A DNA stretch of 64,000 nucleotides. Source: Lingula anatina. Its lineage: Eukaryota > Animalia > Brachiopoda. The stretch spans positions 5,022,001 to 5,086,000 of the forward strand of contig CM120645.1 in assembly GCA_051362555.1 (NCBI GenBank), given 5' to 3'. Positions 51,206-64,000 of this stretch are shown piece after piece; position 1 is the first letter of the stretch, and every line of letters begins with the position of its first letter. The notes below the pieces were generated by a model. It worked only from the letters and a program-made list of their open reading frames with translations, was not told where the DNA came from and did not search any database. Both the position numbers and the translations under genes were made by a program.

Positions 51206-53516
51206 GGTTCTGAAAATTCGACAAGATAATAATGTTCAGTTTGTTGAAGATAGAAGTTCACAATGCATGGCAATTATGCAAGCCAACAAGAGCTTTGCTT
51301 AAAACAATTTTCTGTTGTCTCAAATTAAATTAAAATAAAATGAATATGAAAGTAGAACACGTTATTCCAAGGTGCCTTAGGTACAAATGTATAGACAAAA
51401 TACATTACTGTGTAGTAGTTTTGAAAAAAAAAATGCTATGTATTTTACACGGGAAATTGAGTTTTTCCGGAGAATGGCTATCATATCATTATGTAACCTA
51501 TTTAAAATATGTGAAAGGAAAATATGTGAAAGGACGTGGTTAAAGAACCACTTATATCCTTGTTCCGTTAGACCTTTTCTAAAGCCAAGTGAAAAAACCC
51601 AACTATTGTTATATAGTTGAAAATAAAGGGTTATTTCTGTCATTTTGTCCTCTTTACAATCCGTTTAGAGATAGAATAATAATTGTCGTAGGAATGTTGC
51701 CCATTTCTCTTCAACTGGATTACATAGAAAAAATACCTGTTTTAATAAATGGCAAAATGTCACCAAAACCTGTGCTAGTTATCATTAAATCTTACACTAT
51801 ATAATCTCATGTTTGAGGATCCTGGATATTTTTTCCTTAACGGAATCGTGACACAAAAACAAGCCAGCAACAGATTGTACATGATAAAACACATGATCAT
51901 GACATGATTCAGGAGTCTGTTGAAGTAACCAGTTACAGCCAGTTACCGGTACAGCCAGGTTATGTTTAAGGGATACGATACGTAGAACATATTCCCTTTT
52001 CCGCGTAGGTAATGCGTAAATGAACTTCGCCATGATATGACACAATGCTGTCACATTAAAAAAATCTTTATTCGGAGGAGGGTTGGGGGGGAGGGGCTAC
52101 TGGGCAGAACAGGAATTATTTGAAGGGGGTCTAGTTTTTTAGGAATGACAGACCGCAGATGCGAAGCCGATCCTCAACCTCCCCCCCCCTGACATGGGAT
52201 TCGGGGCCCACTGAAATGTTGGCATTTTAGAGGGCGAACGGTGTCATTTGGTACGGTTTAGAACTATGATTCAGCTATTCAGAATTCTAATTTCAGGAGG
52301 GAACTATTGGCGTAATTTTTTTCAGAAATCGAAGGGGGGGGGGTAAGGACCCCCTGCCCCCCCCCCCCCCCCGCCCCCTCAACATCCGCCACTGGGTAGA
52401 GGGGTTAACAAGTTGTAAATCTAAAAAAGGACTCGCTGAGTAAACTAGCTTATCAGTGAGGGTTGCGCAATACTTTAGCGTTAATTTTTACCTGAGAATA
52501 CGATCTGGCCGAGATTGTAAAACCAGTCGTCAGAGGGCTTACATAAATAAAAGTCGATTTTTTAAATCCTAGCTTCAGTGAGATCGCTCAAGCTTAAAAT
52601 GTATGTGTCCAGAATAATCGACGGATTAAGCCAATAAAGAATGAAATATACGCTTGAATGAGCTCCGGCGTTTCGTCTATACCCCAATACTTCTTCCGGG
52701 AACTGAACACTGCTGTCATAACATGAAGATCGGCATGTAATGTTAGACCTATTATCACTTCAGATGTGAGGTCGGCATGGGCGTCCGCAGAAAATTTTCC
52801 AGGGGGGGGGGGGGGGGGGCAAAGTCATTGAAGGGGGAGATAATGATTGGCTGGGTACCCGCAATTAACGTGCCCGCCAAAATTCCGGGGGGGGGGGGGG
52901 GTCAAGTGAGCTATTTGTAGCCTCCGTGGATAATTTCGGATTTCAAAGTTTCTTTTACAATCAAGTTTTACAACATAGGAGTATATCAGTTTTACAACAT
53001 TTCAATCATAGTGCTCTTTCGACGCGAAAAAAACCCTCCTACATGTACCTTCCCTTACAGACTTTGACCGCTGTAGAGTAAAACTGGTCAGGCACATTTT
53101 CTTTACTGAAATGTTTTCTGATTCTGGTAGTTTGGCGGGAAAACATATACTACCAGTATCCTTTTTCTAAATTTTTGAAACAAAGAGGCGTATGATAGAC
53201 CGGTTTAGTTGAAATACAATAATGAATTAGGCCTATCACAAGTAATGAAGTTTTGAAAAAAAATGTTTGACAATCTTGTTACTTTTCCTACATTTTTGCC
53301 CCGAATATGACACAAAATATATGTACTAAAAGGGCATCTTTAATCTGATTTTGTTTGAAGTTGTTGCGGCAGTAAATAAATAAATAAATGAATAAATAAA
53401 TAAATAAATAAATAAATTCAACGATACCAACAGACGCAGGCGATCGCAAGACAGTTACTACTGGGGCTACACATAAAAATTCACATGGGATAATTTTAAT
53501 TCAATTTGTTTCTTAC

Positions 53517-53723
53517 CTTCAGCGTCAGTTTCAAATGGCAAAACTTTTCAAGGTAAACAGTTTCTCTGCATGAAGTTTAGTGTCATCAGTCTTCTTGAAG
53601 TCCCTTCTTACACTGTCCTTCCTGTATATGTTAGAACACGCTCACGTGCTTCTATTTATACCGCTAAGACAACGTGAAAATCCCCACGTTTAATATTTAG
53701 CCACCTACATCCTGGAAAAACCC
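53517..53723 (-). promoter_or_regulatory. Probable promoter and non-coding first exon of the SWAP-70-like gene
   Basis: Donor GAAG|GTAAGA at 53517/53516. TATAAATAG on the minus strand at 53660-53652. kB-like GGGGATTTTC (53685-53676) and GGGTTTTTCC (53723-53714). Confidence 0.6.
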
Positions 53724-54277
53724 ATTAAGAGATCTCGCTTTGGTAAGTGTCAAAAATACAATTTACGGCATGATAACGGCTAAAGACAGACGTCGGAATT
53801 TGCACAGTTGGGGGGTGGGGGGTGGGGGGGTGCTAAGATTACGCTATTCTCTTAGGCAGAATAAAAAGTGGGCGAGCCCCCCCCCCCCCCCTCACCCCCC
53901 CTCCACACACAATTTTTTACAGATCAAACGAGGACTTCTCTCTTCCAAATGGGAGAAAATATAAAATGAGACCCACAGATAGATGTTTTTATTCTTCTGA
54001 GTAAGCAAAATACATTTATGGTGCTCAAAACTACATCGATCTTTTTCTAATTCAAAATGTAGGGCCCTACGTATATGTAAAAGGGGGGGGAGCAGAAAAA
54101 AAGGACATAGGAGGAAATAAAAAAGAAAAGAAGAATCCTTTTTCACGTCCTTGATCCAACAGTGTCTAGACAATTAACTGGGTAGAAAATATTTATGGAA
54201 TTGAGAGCTGAAGACTGAAGACACGTGCCTGATTATAAAATCACTGATCCATCTGCAGCTGTAGCCTATAGTGGGAG

Positions 54278-55442
54278 TGCTGAGTCACCCGCTTTATGCT
54301 TTACCGGGAAATATACTGTAACACATAAAAAGTGTGACACAAAAGAGTCGCATGAGGAAATAAGCTTATAAATTCTTATCAAATTTTTGGAATTGAAGAT
54401 TCTGACTGAAAAAATTAGTGCGTGATTGGTTATCGTTTATAATCTAAGCAGTGACTTCGCGATTTCAGTTGAGGTGACTTACTAATTTCTTTTTTACTTT
54501 TCGGTAGATGAAGAAAGCGAAACCATCAAGGCCATTATTTATCTTGTTTTTCCTGCGAAGTATTTTTTCTGCGTCTGTCGAGCCTGTTCCCTGTTTATTT
54601 AGGCCTACAGATAAAAAGAGACTTGTTTGCGAGGAGTAGGGCCTATATGCTTTATCTGCACCTGCTCGAGCTAGTTTGCGTATGACTCATATTTTACCAT
54701 TACAGCTCTTCTTGGAAACAAAATTAAAAGCAACGAAAGTGAAAGCAAAATGCAGTCGTCAGGGTGCATATCTACACCTATGAAAAAATATGGTAAAAAG
54801 TATATGCTTGAAAAAAAATCGGTTGCCATTATTTAAATCTGTTTACGCCCCCCTCCCAATTCATATAGGCCCTAGTATTTTTTCAAATTTATTATTATTA
54901 TTTTATTATGGTTGTATTTTTTCTCAAAGCTAACACCAAGCTCCCATTATACCCACCCTCACACACACACACACACACACACACGCGCGCACGCTCCAAT
55001 TGAAACTTTTTAATTGCGTATCATGGAATAAATATAAACTATGCCGTCAGACAGATTACCTCCTTCAAGTTGTGAATTCATCTCTTAATCGGAATTTAAG
55101 AATTATAAAAGGGTTATAGATTTTGCTGACTCACTTTTAAGCTGCAACATTATTAAGTTAATGATGAGCAAAGGTCGGGTTAATGTTCGGCCAATCGCCG
55201 TTTCCGGAATTCTCCGATCTTCGAGTTGACCCACAGGTATATATATTTATATACATAACCTCTGACCTAGTTTTACTTCCTCCTTTGTGCCCATGACCAC
55301 GGTGCTGGTAACACGTCAAGTTCCTTATCGCCATTTCAGTTATTTAGTCAGCAGCACATTTGCTGTCGGTCAGTACTTACCAAGGCAGGGAATCACTCCA
55401 TTCCTCCAGCACAGAGAACGAGACAGTGCAGTTCCGACACAG
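54278..55442 (+). promoter_or_regulatory. Probable GST promoter/enhancer and non-coding first exon
   Basis: ARE/MARE-type TGCTGAGTCAC (54278-54288) and TGCTGACTCAC (55124-55134), AP-1 TGACTCA (54683-54689) and a TATA-like tract at ~55238. The donor ACAG|GTGAGT at 55442 pairs with an acceptor TTTCAG at ~56814. Confidence 0.55.
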
Positions 55443-56838
55443 GTGAGTGTTAGCACACTGACGTATTTATTTTTAATGCGTTAGCACTCCTATTTAAGGA
55501 AAGGGCACACTTACACTCTCTGGTTTGTAGGACACGGAGACTGGAAAGACACTTTTTATTTCCCGTGATACGTGAAACGATTATTATTTAGCGTAATTCC
55601 GGGAAGCACCCCGTTCCAGTGACTCGTGAATGCGGCTTTTTGTTCCTCGACCTTTGTGTAACGAGTTATTCTACTCGCTGATATTCCGCTCCCCGGACTC
55701 ACATTTTCTATGGGATATGAATAATGACGGTAGGGAATACCCCCCCCCCCTTACTGTGATTTGTGATTTGATGATTTTATCTCCTTTGAACTGCCGTCGT
55801 CCCCCAAATGCGACCCCCAGGAAATTGAAGAGCTAATGCTTGAAATTTTGAGTTAACGGCTAAATCTGATTCACAGTACATTATCTTTCAAGTATTTGTT
55901 TTAAACAGTTTCTTTGATTTGAAAAAAAAAATGTTGAAATTTGAATTGGACATCTTTAGATGAGACCTTAATTATGGATGGCTGTTTTTTTTTTTACTGG
56001 CACCTTTCAGGAATTTTGCTATATTTTCATCTCTTTGATCTGCTGCACTTATACCTTGGTTCAAGTTTAGATGTCAGTCTTCTCTAGCTGCTTTCTTAAA
56101 AGTATGAATTGGTTAATTCATATAAATTATAAAGCAGTAAAGTTTTCCTGTTTCTTTCTTTTTTATTTCTATTATATTGCTCACGAATATCATTCTAAAT
56201 TCTAAATTGCTAATAATATTTAGTTTGATATTATCAAGGACCCAGTTATATTTTTAAAATTGTAAAATAAATAATTTAAAAAAAATCATTGCCTTGGAAA
56301 TGTTGATACATGTGCTATTTTCAAGAGTTCCATTATACTTTGGTTTATTAAGTTGATAATTGTCCCTGCAAGACCTTTTTCCAGTATCTCATTGTTATAA
56401 TGCCTCATTATCAAAAGGAGAGTATATTTTACATCCTGGACCAAAAGGAGAGTATATTTTACATCCGGCAGAAATGTCAATTGTTATAATAATGTCTATA
56501 GTGATATGCATTCTGCATCTAAAAAGCAAATAGAAGTTTATTATTTAAATGTAATTTTTTATATCTGATTTTGATGTGATACACCTCCCCCTCTTTCCCC
56601 CTACCCATCAAACCACTAATCCAACTACCACCGTCTTACTCAAATGTATTGAAGATAAATCTATGCAGCCTTTGGCACAAAATCAAGTTTATTTCTGATC
56701 AATTTGTACATTTAGCTTCACTTTGTTGTACATTTAGCCTCACTAAACAATAATGTCAGTTTTTTAATAAATTATTTCAAATAAGGTACATATCTCTTTT
56801 AAATAATTTTTCAGAGCTTTATACATTCTAAAGCCAGC

Positions 56839-57558
56839 ATGTCCAGCCAAGCATCTGATGACAGACCTCATCTATACACAGCCTGGCATTCCCCCTTTGG
56901 GTGGAGAGCATGGACCTCCCTTCTAGAGAAGGGGGTGGACTTTGTGTACCATGAAACAGACCCTTATGACAAGTCCCCTGAGTGGTTCAGGATCAGCCCC
57001 AGGGGACTGGCTCCGGCTATTCACCACAAGGGGAGAGCTGTGTATGAAAGCACTGTTTGCATTGAATATATCGATGAAGCATGGCCACACGAACCCCGCC
57101 TCATGCCCTCTGACCCCTACGATAGGGCTTACGTGCGCATGTGGGCCGACCACGTGAATAAGAAAATCATTCCCCACATTTTTGGCATGATTGTGAAACA
57201 GACACCAGAAGAACAAGAGCAGGCTAAAAAAGACGCCCTAGATGGGATTTTGGCTTACACGCAGGCCATGCGCGATGGAGGTCCTTATTTTCTTGGTGCT
57301 CAGTTTTCATTGGCTGATATTGTTCTTGGCACTTTTGCATCCATTTTCTTCTGCATGGAACATTATCGTGGGTTCAAGGTGCCAGAGACTGAACAATTTG
57401 CTCGCTATCATACTTGGATTAATGCAGTAAAGAGTAGAGAAAGCTGGCAGAAAGTGCTGCCATCTAGGGAGAAGGTCCTTGAAGACTGGAGACCCTATGC
57501 TGAGGGGAAGGCCCAGACAGAGTTGGCTAAAGCTGCTAGACAAGGCAAAACTCCATAA
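56839..57558 (+). CDS. Cytosolic glutathione S-transferase, Tau/Omega/SspA-like, 239 aa, intronless CDS
   Basis: The N-terminus reads LYTAWHSPFGWRAWTSLLEKG. It has the cis-Pro region SPRGLAPAI, the GSH-binding motif YESTVCIEYIDEAWP, LMPSDPYDRA, and the N-capping motif GPYFLGAQFSLADI. Confidence 0.93.
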   Translation: MSSQASDDRPHLYTAWHSPFGWRAWTSLLEKGVDFVYHETDPYDKSPEWFRISPRGLAPAIHHKGRAVYESTVCIEYIDEAWPHEPRLMPSDPYDRAYVRMWADHVNKKIIPHIFGMIVKQTPEEQEQAKKDALDGILAYTQAMRDGGPYFLGAQFSLADIVLGTFASIFFCMEHYRGFKVPETEQFARYHTWINAVKSRESWQKVLPSREKVLEDWRPYAEGKAQTELAKAARQGKTP

Positions 57559-60534
57559 GATTAATAAGCTTCTGACATTTAAGGAATCATTAAAAAAATC
57601 TGAATTACATCAGTGTAGACAAATGACTGTTTAACCAAATAAAGAAATCTAATGTAATCCGTGATTTATATATATATATTTGAAATTTTGTTATATCTGC
57701 AAAGATGACCATTTTCACAAACACTTTGATTAATTAGTTTTTTATTAAAAATGCTGAGTTATTTTCAAGTCTTACCAATTTGTGAACTTTATTTCTATAT
57801 GCAGTTTTGAAATGCTTTTACACTTGGATATGGACAACTGATGCTCTTATACTCTTAGACTAAAGGTATTGAAAATTGTTTGTAGGCTCATTTGAGCAAA
57901 CTTTTCACATTTACACAAAAGGTTGCAAGCCAAGATAATAAGTTAAGTGCAAATACTTCTTTATTTGTTGAAACACTTGCATTTGCTTAATTTTGTAAAT
58001 CTTTCTAGATAACTTTAATTTGGAAACTTTTTTTGTAGTTTTTATGTAATATTTTTACATTTTCTGCCACCTTTTGGGGTTTAGTTTATTTTCCTGAGAA
58101 ATAACGATGTATAAATAAAATATTATTTCACTTTGGGCAGTGGTTAGTGGATATCTGACAACTATAGGAATAAAACCAGGAATAAAACAGGAATATCATA
58201 TGATCAGTACTGCATGATTTGTGTCTTTTGCAGATTCTGTGAATTTGATTCAGTGGCATTTTACTCTATGAAAACCATAACCATACGGAATGACAGGAAA
58301 TGCATTTATTATTTCAAATTACAAACTTAAGGCTTTTCATATATACGTAGTTGTACTGTCTTCAAACAATCATAATAATAAATACTCAAAAGAATTTTAC
58401 TAAGCAACATCCATCCATCAATACAACCTTAATAACTTGTTAAGGATTTGTATACAGTATATCTATACACTTCAATATATATATCAGGCTTATTATATAC
58501 ACTTAATATTATCTCGTCTGTCTCGACTCTTCTCCACGAGAGGTACTAGTGATCTTTTAGTGAATTATTTATCTGCATATATTCTCTATTTAGTTTTTAG
58601 CATATTTTGGCAAAATCTGGTATGTGTGTCCTAACACCATACAAGAGAAAACCTGTAAATAAATTATTCTGCCCAGACTATTAAATGAATATCTTCATTA
58701 ATTAGCAGAAAACAGGTAGTTTATAGAGTAACTGGCATCTTGGTTGAATGAAACCTCTTGCACAAACTAAATAAGCAAGCTAAATTAAAAAAACTTACAA
58801 AAGCAATATTTGCCTTTTGTCCAATATTGCCCCAAGTAAATTATCCTATTAACCACAACATCTACTTAATGTTTTTTTAACAAGAAATTACTTTTTGAGA
58901 AGTCGGTCTTTTTCTGAATATTAAGTGAATTAACATTATATAATGGCGCAAGTGTATATTGGGTGTAAAGCTGAGATTGTATGCACTGCTCTTTTTTCTC
59001 AACAGTTTCATGAAAAGGTTAACAGTGTAATATATTACCTGCACTAATTAACTTTTGTAGTCACAGTGCCAATGAAAACTGCTGACTACAACATTTGAAA
59101 AAAAAAAAAAGATTAAATCACACCATTTTCTTCTTCTTATAAAAACCAAAATGTTGGATAGAGAAAATGATCCTCGTTCACAATTAACACAATAAGTTGG
59201 ACAAAGTTGGTGCTTACTGTACACTATGTAAAATGCCACTGGCTCCAGTGTGTTAACCTCTTGAAAACAATACTGATGATGACTGCCAGTTAGCAGAGGT
59301 ATTCATATTGCTGATGGGTTGTTTTTCACTAATACACTCTTAATGCTTAAATATTGCTATCAGTTAGTTGATTACCCTACCAAATCAAATTTCAATATCT
59401 AAACTGCAAGTGCTATAATCATAGTGTGCAACAAACCAATCATATTTTGTTTATGAGTACAAAGTTGATCCAATTGGATCCAAGGGAGAATATGTGTATC
59501 CTGTTCTTTTCAAAACAATATTTAAAGCAAAGGCAATTGGTATCATGCCACACTCCGATACATTTTTGAATGTGACAAATTCAATTCAAAATAATCACAA
59601 GACATCCTTCATTTTGACGCAATACTTCTGCTCCTTTTTCTTCCAAAAACAAAACAAAAAATATCAATAGTAAGACACAAAACCCTGGAATTACAAAAGA
59701 AAAATTTCTGCTACTTCCGTGACAGCAGTTGTATCCATTTTTTTAAATAAATATGTTAATTTCTGGATCCTACTGTGCCTTTGTCCAAAATGTTTTGAAA
59801 CATACAACCACAAATTTCTAACCTTGTAACACGAAATAAGGTAAATTTCTTGAACTTGCCATTCCCTGCCTTTTGTTCATTGTTTTTGAAAATCCATTAC
59901 TTAAAGGAAAAAAAGGCTTATATAAATTACAACATGGTGAGTGCAACTATACATTTTTTTTTACAAATAGACTCATTCTAAACCTTTGCTTATGTATAGA
60001 ATATTGATTTCTATTGCTTGGTGTCTTCAGAACAAATATGAAAATCTACAAAAGAAATGCACCAATATTTTGTAACTCCTCTCATTTCAAAAGACAGCCA
60101 ATATGTTATGAAGGTGCTTACAATTTTAAGATATCCAAAGATAATACACAATATATTACATCTTAATAATCCACTCATGAGTGACTTTTTTTAAAAATTA
60201 CTAAGATGACAGTGGTCAAAATAGTCTAAGATTAAGAAATTATCCCAATTTGCTCAATGCCAAGCACTCAACAAGTTACATTTGCCTTAATGCTAGAGAA
60301 AAAAGAGTCAAAATCTACTTGTCATCCTCCTTTCTTGACACTTGGGAGAATCCAGTTATTTTGGTAAAAAAAAGCAGGTAGAACAGAGGTCCAAAATACA
60401 CCTTCCTTCTAATATCTATTATAATATAAATACAAGGACTGATGAAGTATTTCCATACTCTGATGCTGTCTGTTTGTTTGTAGTATGAGAGGTAGACTAG
60501 AACCATGGCAACGGAGGGAAATGAACGAGGTCGA

Positions 60535-63500
60535 TTACACTTCCAGGAAATCTTTCAGAAGAGTCTGTCTCCTCTTTTCAGCCACATCCATTTGATTTTC
60601 AAGGTCCTTGAAAAAAAAAACACCTTAGTTTCACTTCAGTCAGCATGAAAATGCTTGCAGTAGAATATATTTGTGGTTCAAACAACTGTTACAGAACTAG
60701 CTTCATATATCAACATCCATTCATCTTGCAAAAACATTCTTTTAAAAATTTTACAAAAGAAATAACATTAATTTCACGTGTCAATATAAAGTTAAATACA
60801 CGAGGAAGGATTCCTTATCATCTTCATGACACTTTGTCTCATAATTAAATTCAAATATGAATTTCTTGTCTAGACTTTCTACAAAGCAAAATGAACAAAA
60901 CTCTCTCTCCAGACTCACCCCTCTGTCTGTTATTTCTGCCCTCTCAACCTTCCAAGACAAGTTTTCCACCTCGGCTTCAAGCTGGGCCTGCTGGTATTCA
61001 AACTGGAAACAACAATAACACTGACTCAAGTTGTCCAAAGAGAATTTCTTTAACTGTGTTAAGCACTGAGAATAACACAATTATTTTTCTTCAATCAACA
61101 GCTAGTACTGAATTGTTGTTAACCTCTTATATTTCAATGTCTATCTTGTCTAGGGGGAACCTTCGCCTGGAATATACCAATACTAGCTGCTGATTAAAGA
61201 AAAATTAAGTTTATACCAATATATACCACAAAACAAGCCTACACTGTAATTTTAATCATATGACCATCAAATGAAAAAGCTAAGAAGAGTATAACATTTA
61301 GGGTTATGGGATAAGTTAAAACCAACCAGAACGTACAGAATAACTCCATAGTTTGAAAGACAGCTGTTTATCTAGCATATACAATGTGCTTACCAATGTC
61401 TTTCTGGCACCTTTATTCATGTAGTAAGCATATGGATAAGTAAACTGAAGGCTGTAGCGACACTGAATAGAAAAATATTATACACATAAATATAAATATT
61501 TATTTCAACACAGTGTATATAAAGACATAGTAAATATTTTAAGAATAAAGTCTTCACAAATTTGATTTGAATAAAAAATGTGTCAAAATACAAAATTTAA
61601 TGTCCTATTAGATTAGATTTAATGTGCTATAATAATCAATATGATGACTCTATACGTTCTAAAGCCATTTTCTTAGCAGTCAGACTCACAGTGTGCTGGT
61701 AAATTTCAACTTCAAAGCTCATTTAATTTACTGCCATTGAATCAAAATAACATCCTCTTTGCCTTACCTTTTTCAACAAAGCGGTAGCGTCCAGTAAATA
61801 CTGCCAGTCGATCCACGTGCCTTCATTCTTCATCACTTTCTCATTTATTCTGTCTTTAATCTTCTGTGATGTCTTCTCTTCCAAGGCTAAACTTTTGGCA
61901 TGGTTTTCCCACTAAAAGAGAGAATATGATTATACTGTTAATGTCATCTAATATCATTGTATAATTGTTCTTATAAGATAAGTACTGTACCACGAATCAT
62001 CAAAATACCAGGAAAGGACTTGTTGATCACCTGAATTCCTTATAAAGTATAATGGTATTTTTATTTTTTTTTGGAATAGTTACCCTTTCATAATAGAAGA
62101 GGTATTTCTTGAGAGCTTCCCTGGCCTGCACGTGGACAGATTCATGAGCTATGTTGGGGTTTTCCTTGTAGCGACTACATTCATAGTATTCACTGCCATG
62201 ATTCTTCCAGTCTGCAATGAATGGGAGTACAATGCATTACATGTATCAACAGAGTATTGGTGGTAAAATTTGTTGGTTAAAATGTGCTTGATGATGCACT
62301 ACTTGTGTGAAAAAGCAAAAGAAAGACTTGAAAAAACATTTATTTCCAAATCTGTAACACCAAGTAAATCAAACTTGGGGGGAATTTTTTAACTGTTATA
62401 TTTTGAATCACACACAATACTTTAAAACAAAAGGAAAATGATAAACAGTCAATTTGAAAATAATTAAAAATGAAAGGGATCACAATGGACAGGTAAAAGC
62501 GATGAGAATACACAGAAACATAACAGCAGATTATTAATGTGAATGAAACTTGTGAAATCTTGGAAACTGCTTAGAAATGAAGAGCATAATGACCAGAGTT
62601 ACCCACCTCCCAGACACATCCAGCAGAAGTCATATTTACACTTGGAGCATTGCTGGAAAACAAAGGTTACATTGCATATTATTATTTACATCACAACTAG
62701 CCAAACTGAATGGAAATCAACCAAGGCTGTCAGCACTGCACTTTATTGCTCGACTTAATGCCAAGTCACAAGACTTTGGCCTATCCCAGATTACTCCTGT
62801 TAACTTTAATATTCAGGTCACTTTACTTTTCTTTTTCAGTTTAAAAAATAGATATCTAACATATGGCACAAACTGTGCTATAACCAGTTACTGAGTATTG
62901 TCAACATAAGTACTTTTCACTTCTAGGTATTTCCATGATAAAAGATTTTGATCCGTTGAAAACAAGAGAGATTTCCTTTTCACTTTAAGGCACTTTTTGA
63001 TTTTGAATGTATGAAGAACCCCCCCCCCCCCCCCCCCCATAACTCACCATGTGGTTACATCCACCATTTTTCTCAATACACACATGACACTTGGGACACT
63101 AGAAAAATAATTAATTTATACAGAAATTGGAATTAATCAAATCATTTAACATATGGAACATTAATTATAGTTAAAATATTTGAATACATTATAATTAAGC
63201 TCTGAAAAATGCATTTTATTTAATAATAACTTCAAATATACTTACATCTTTTGTATGGGCACTTATATAGTTAGCAGTCTCCGAGTCGTCCGCACATTTT
63301 GTTAGCCACTTTTTGATAGTGTCGCAGTCCGTGGGTGCGTGGTAATCCATACCACATTTAAAACTGGAAACAGAATGAAAATATGAAAATGCCTCTTGTG
63401 TAATTTATATGTGTGTGCATTCTCCTTTTTTAATTATTGCTTTAGTCTCAGTGTAGACATTTTGTATGGCCCAATGAGGTTTTAATGAAATGCACAATAA

Positions 63501-63674
63501 AAACTCAATAAATTCATCGTCATAATCATTGAAAAGACAACAGTAAAGAACAAAGAGTACTCACCAGAAAGCTGTCTTGCATTCTTTGCACACCACCCTC
63601 TTCCTCTTGCTCTCCAGAGCTCTGACCACTGTGGCGCAATTGGCTCCTGGACAGAACCGCAGCTCAGGGTGACT
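60535..63674 (-). CDS. ARIH2: Ariadne-2 (TRIAD1) RBR E3 ubiquitin ligase, 3' portion; the gene continues beyond the window
   Basis: The exons encode the IBR ([13 protein letters not shown]...[14 protein letters not shown]), [26 protein letters not shown]2 [32 protein letters not shown], and the Ariadne domain ([11 protein letters not shown]...[23 protein letters not shown]...[23 protein letters not shown]). Confidence 0.96.
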
Positions 63675-64000
63675 CTGATATAACACAAATATTGCATTAA
63701 ATTTCGTTATCTGTATTATCATTATACCTCTATATTATTTCAATAATTACTACATATAATCACATTGCCAACATGTATACAATTGATACATTTTTAAAGT
63801 TTGCTTTTTGGAAATAAAACCAGGATAAGTTCTACCCAAAGCAGAAAATTCAAAAATAAAATCCTAATCATTCACATAAAACGGAATCAAAATGTTAATT
63901 AACATCTTATGGTCATTCATACTATCACTGGACATTAAAACTTAAAGTCTTGGGTAATAATAGATTATTAATAAATAAATGTGCGCGCGTGTGAGCATGT

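Noticed and set aside
52100-52910. G/C homopolymer-rich segments suggesting G-quadruplex regulatory elements
   Set aside because: They carry termini typical of common invertebrate MITE fragments (CATCCGCCACTG, CATGGGCGTCCGCAG). There is no evidence of a specific function.
56412-56468. Two-copy ~30-bp tandem repeat (also a 23-bp pair at ~24208-24253)
   Set aside because: Ordinary slippage duplications in introns.

Overview
Eukaryotic, intron-rich, AT-rich animal DNA. It is most consistent with a marine invertebrate, probably a lophotrochozoan; this taxonomic call is inference. Seven protein-coding loci can be reconstructed by hand from splice sites. (1) NEDD1 (minus strand, complete), whose first coding intron is U12-type. 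(2) The single invertebrate MBD4/MeCP2 gene (plus), head-to-head with NEDD1. (3) A 3-exon orphan disordered protein dense in short linear motifs (minus). (4) An 11-exon gene for a ~1,464-aa protein with a signal peptide and three tandem class-C-GPCR (mGluR-like) Venus-flytrap domains, but no visible 7TM (minus). (5) An intronless chimeric gene joining a SWAP-70/DEF6-like EF/PH module, four EF-hands and a ureidoglycolate-lyase-like cupin (minus). (6) An intronless Ser-type GST (plus). (7) The 3' half of ARIH2 (minus). Introns and intergenic DNA contain a 2.27-kb TGT...ACA foldback element with a 4-bp target-site duplication (TSD), several MITE families, a tRNA-derived SINE and microsatellites. 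The best candidates for novel biology are the apparently secreted triple-flytrap protein and the PH/EF-hand/cupin fusion, which has kB-like and IRF-like motifs upstream. All family calls come from motif recall; no database search was run.
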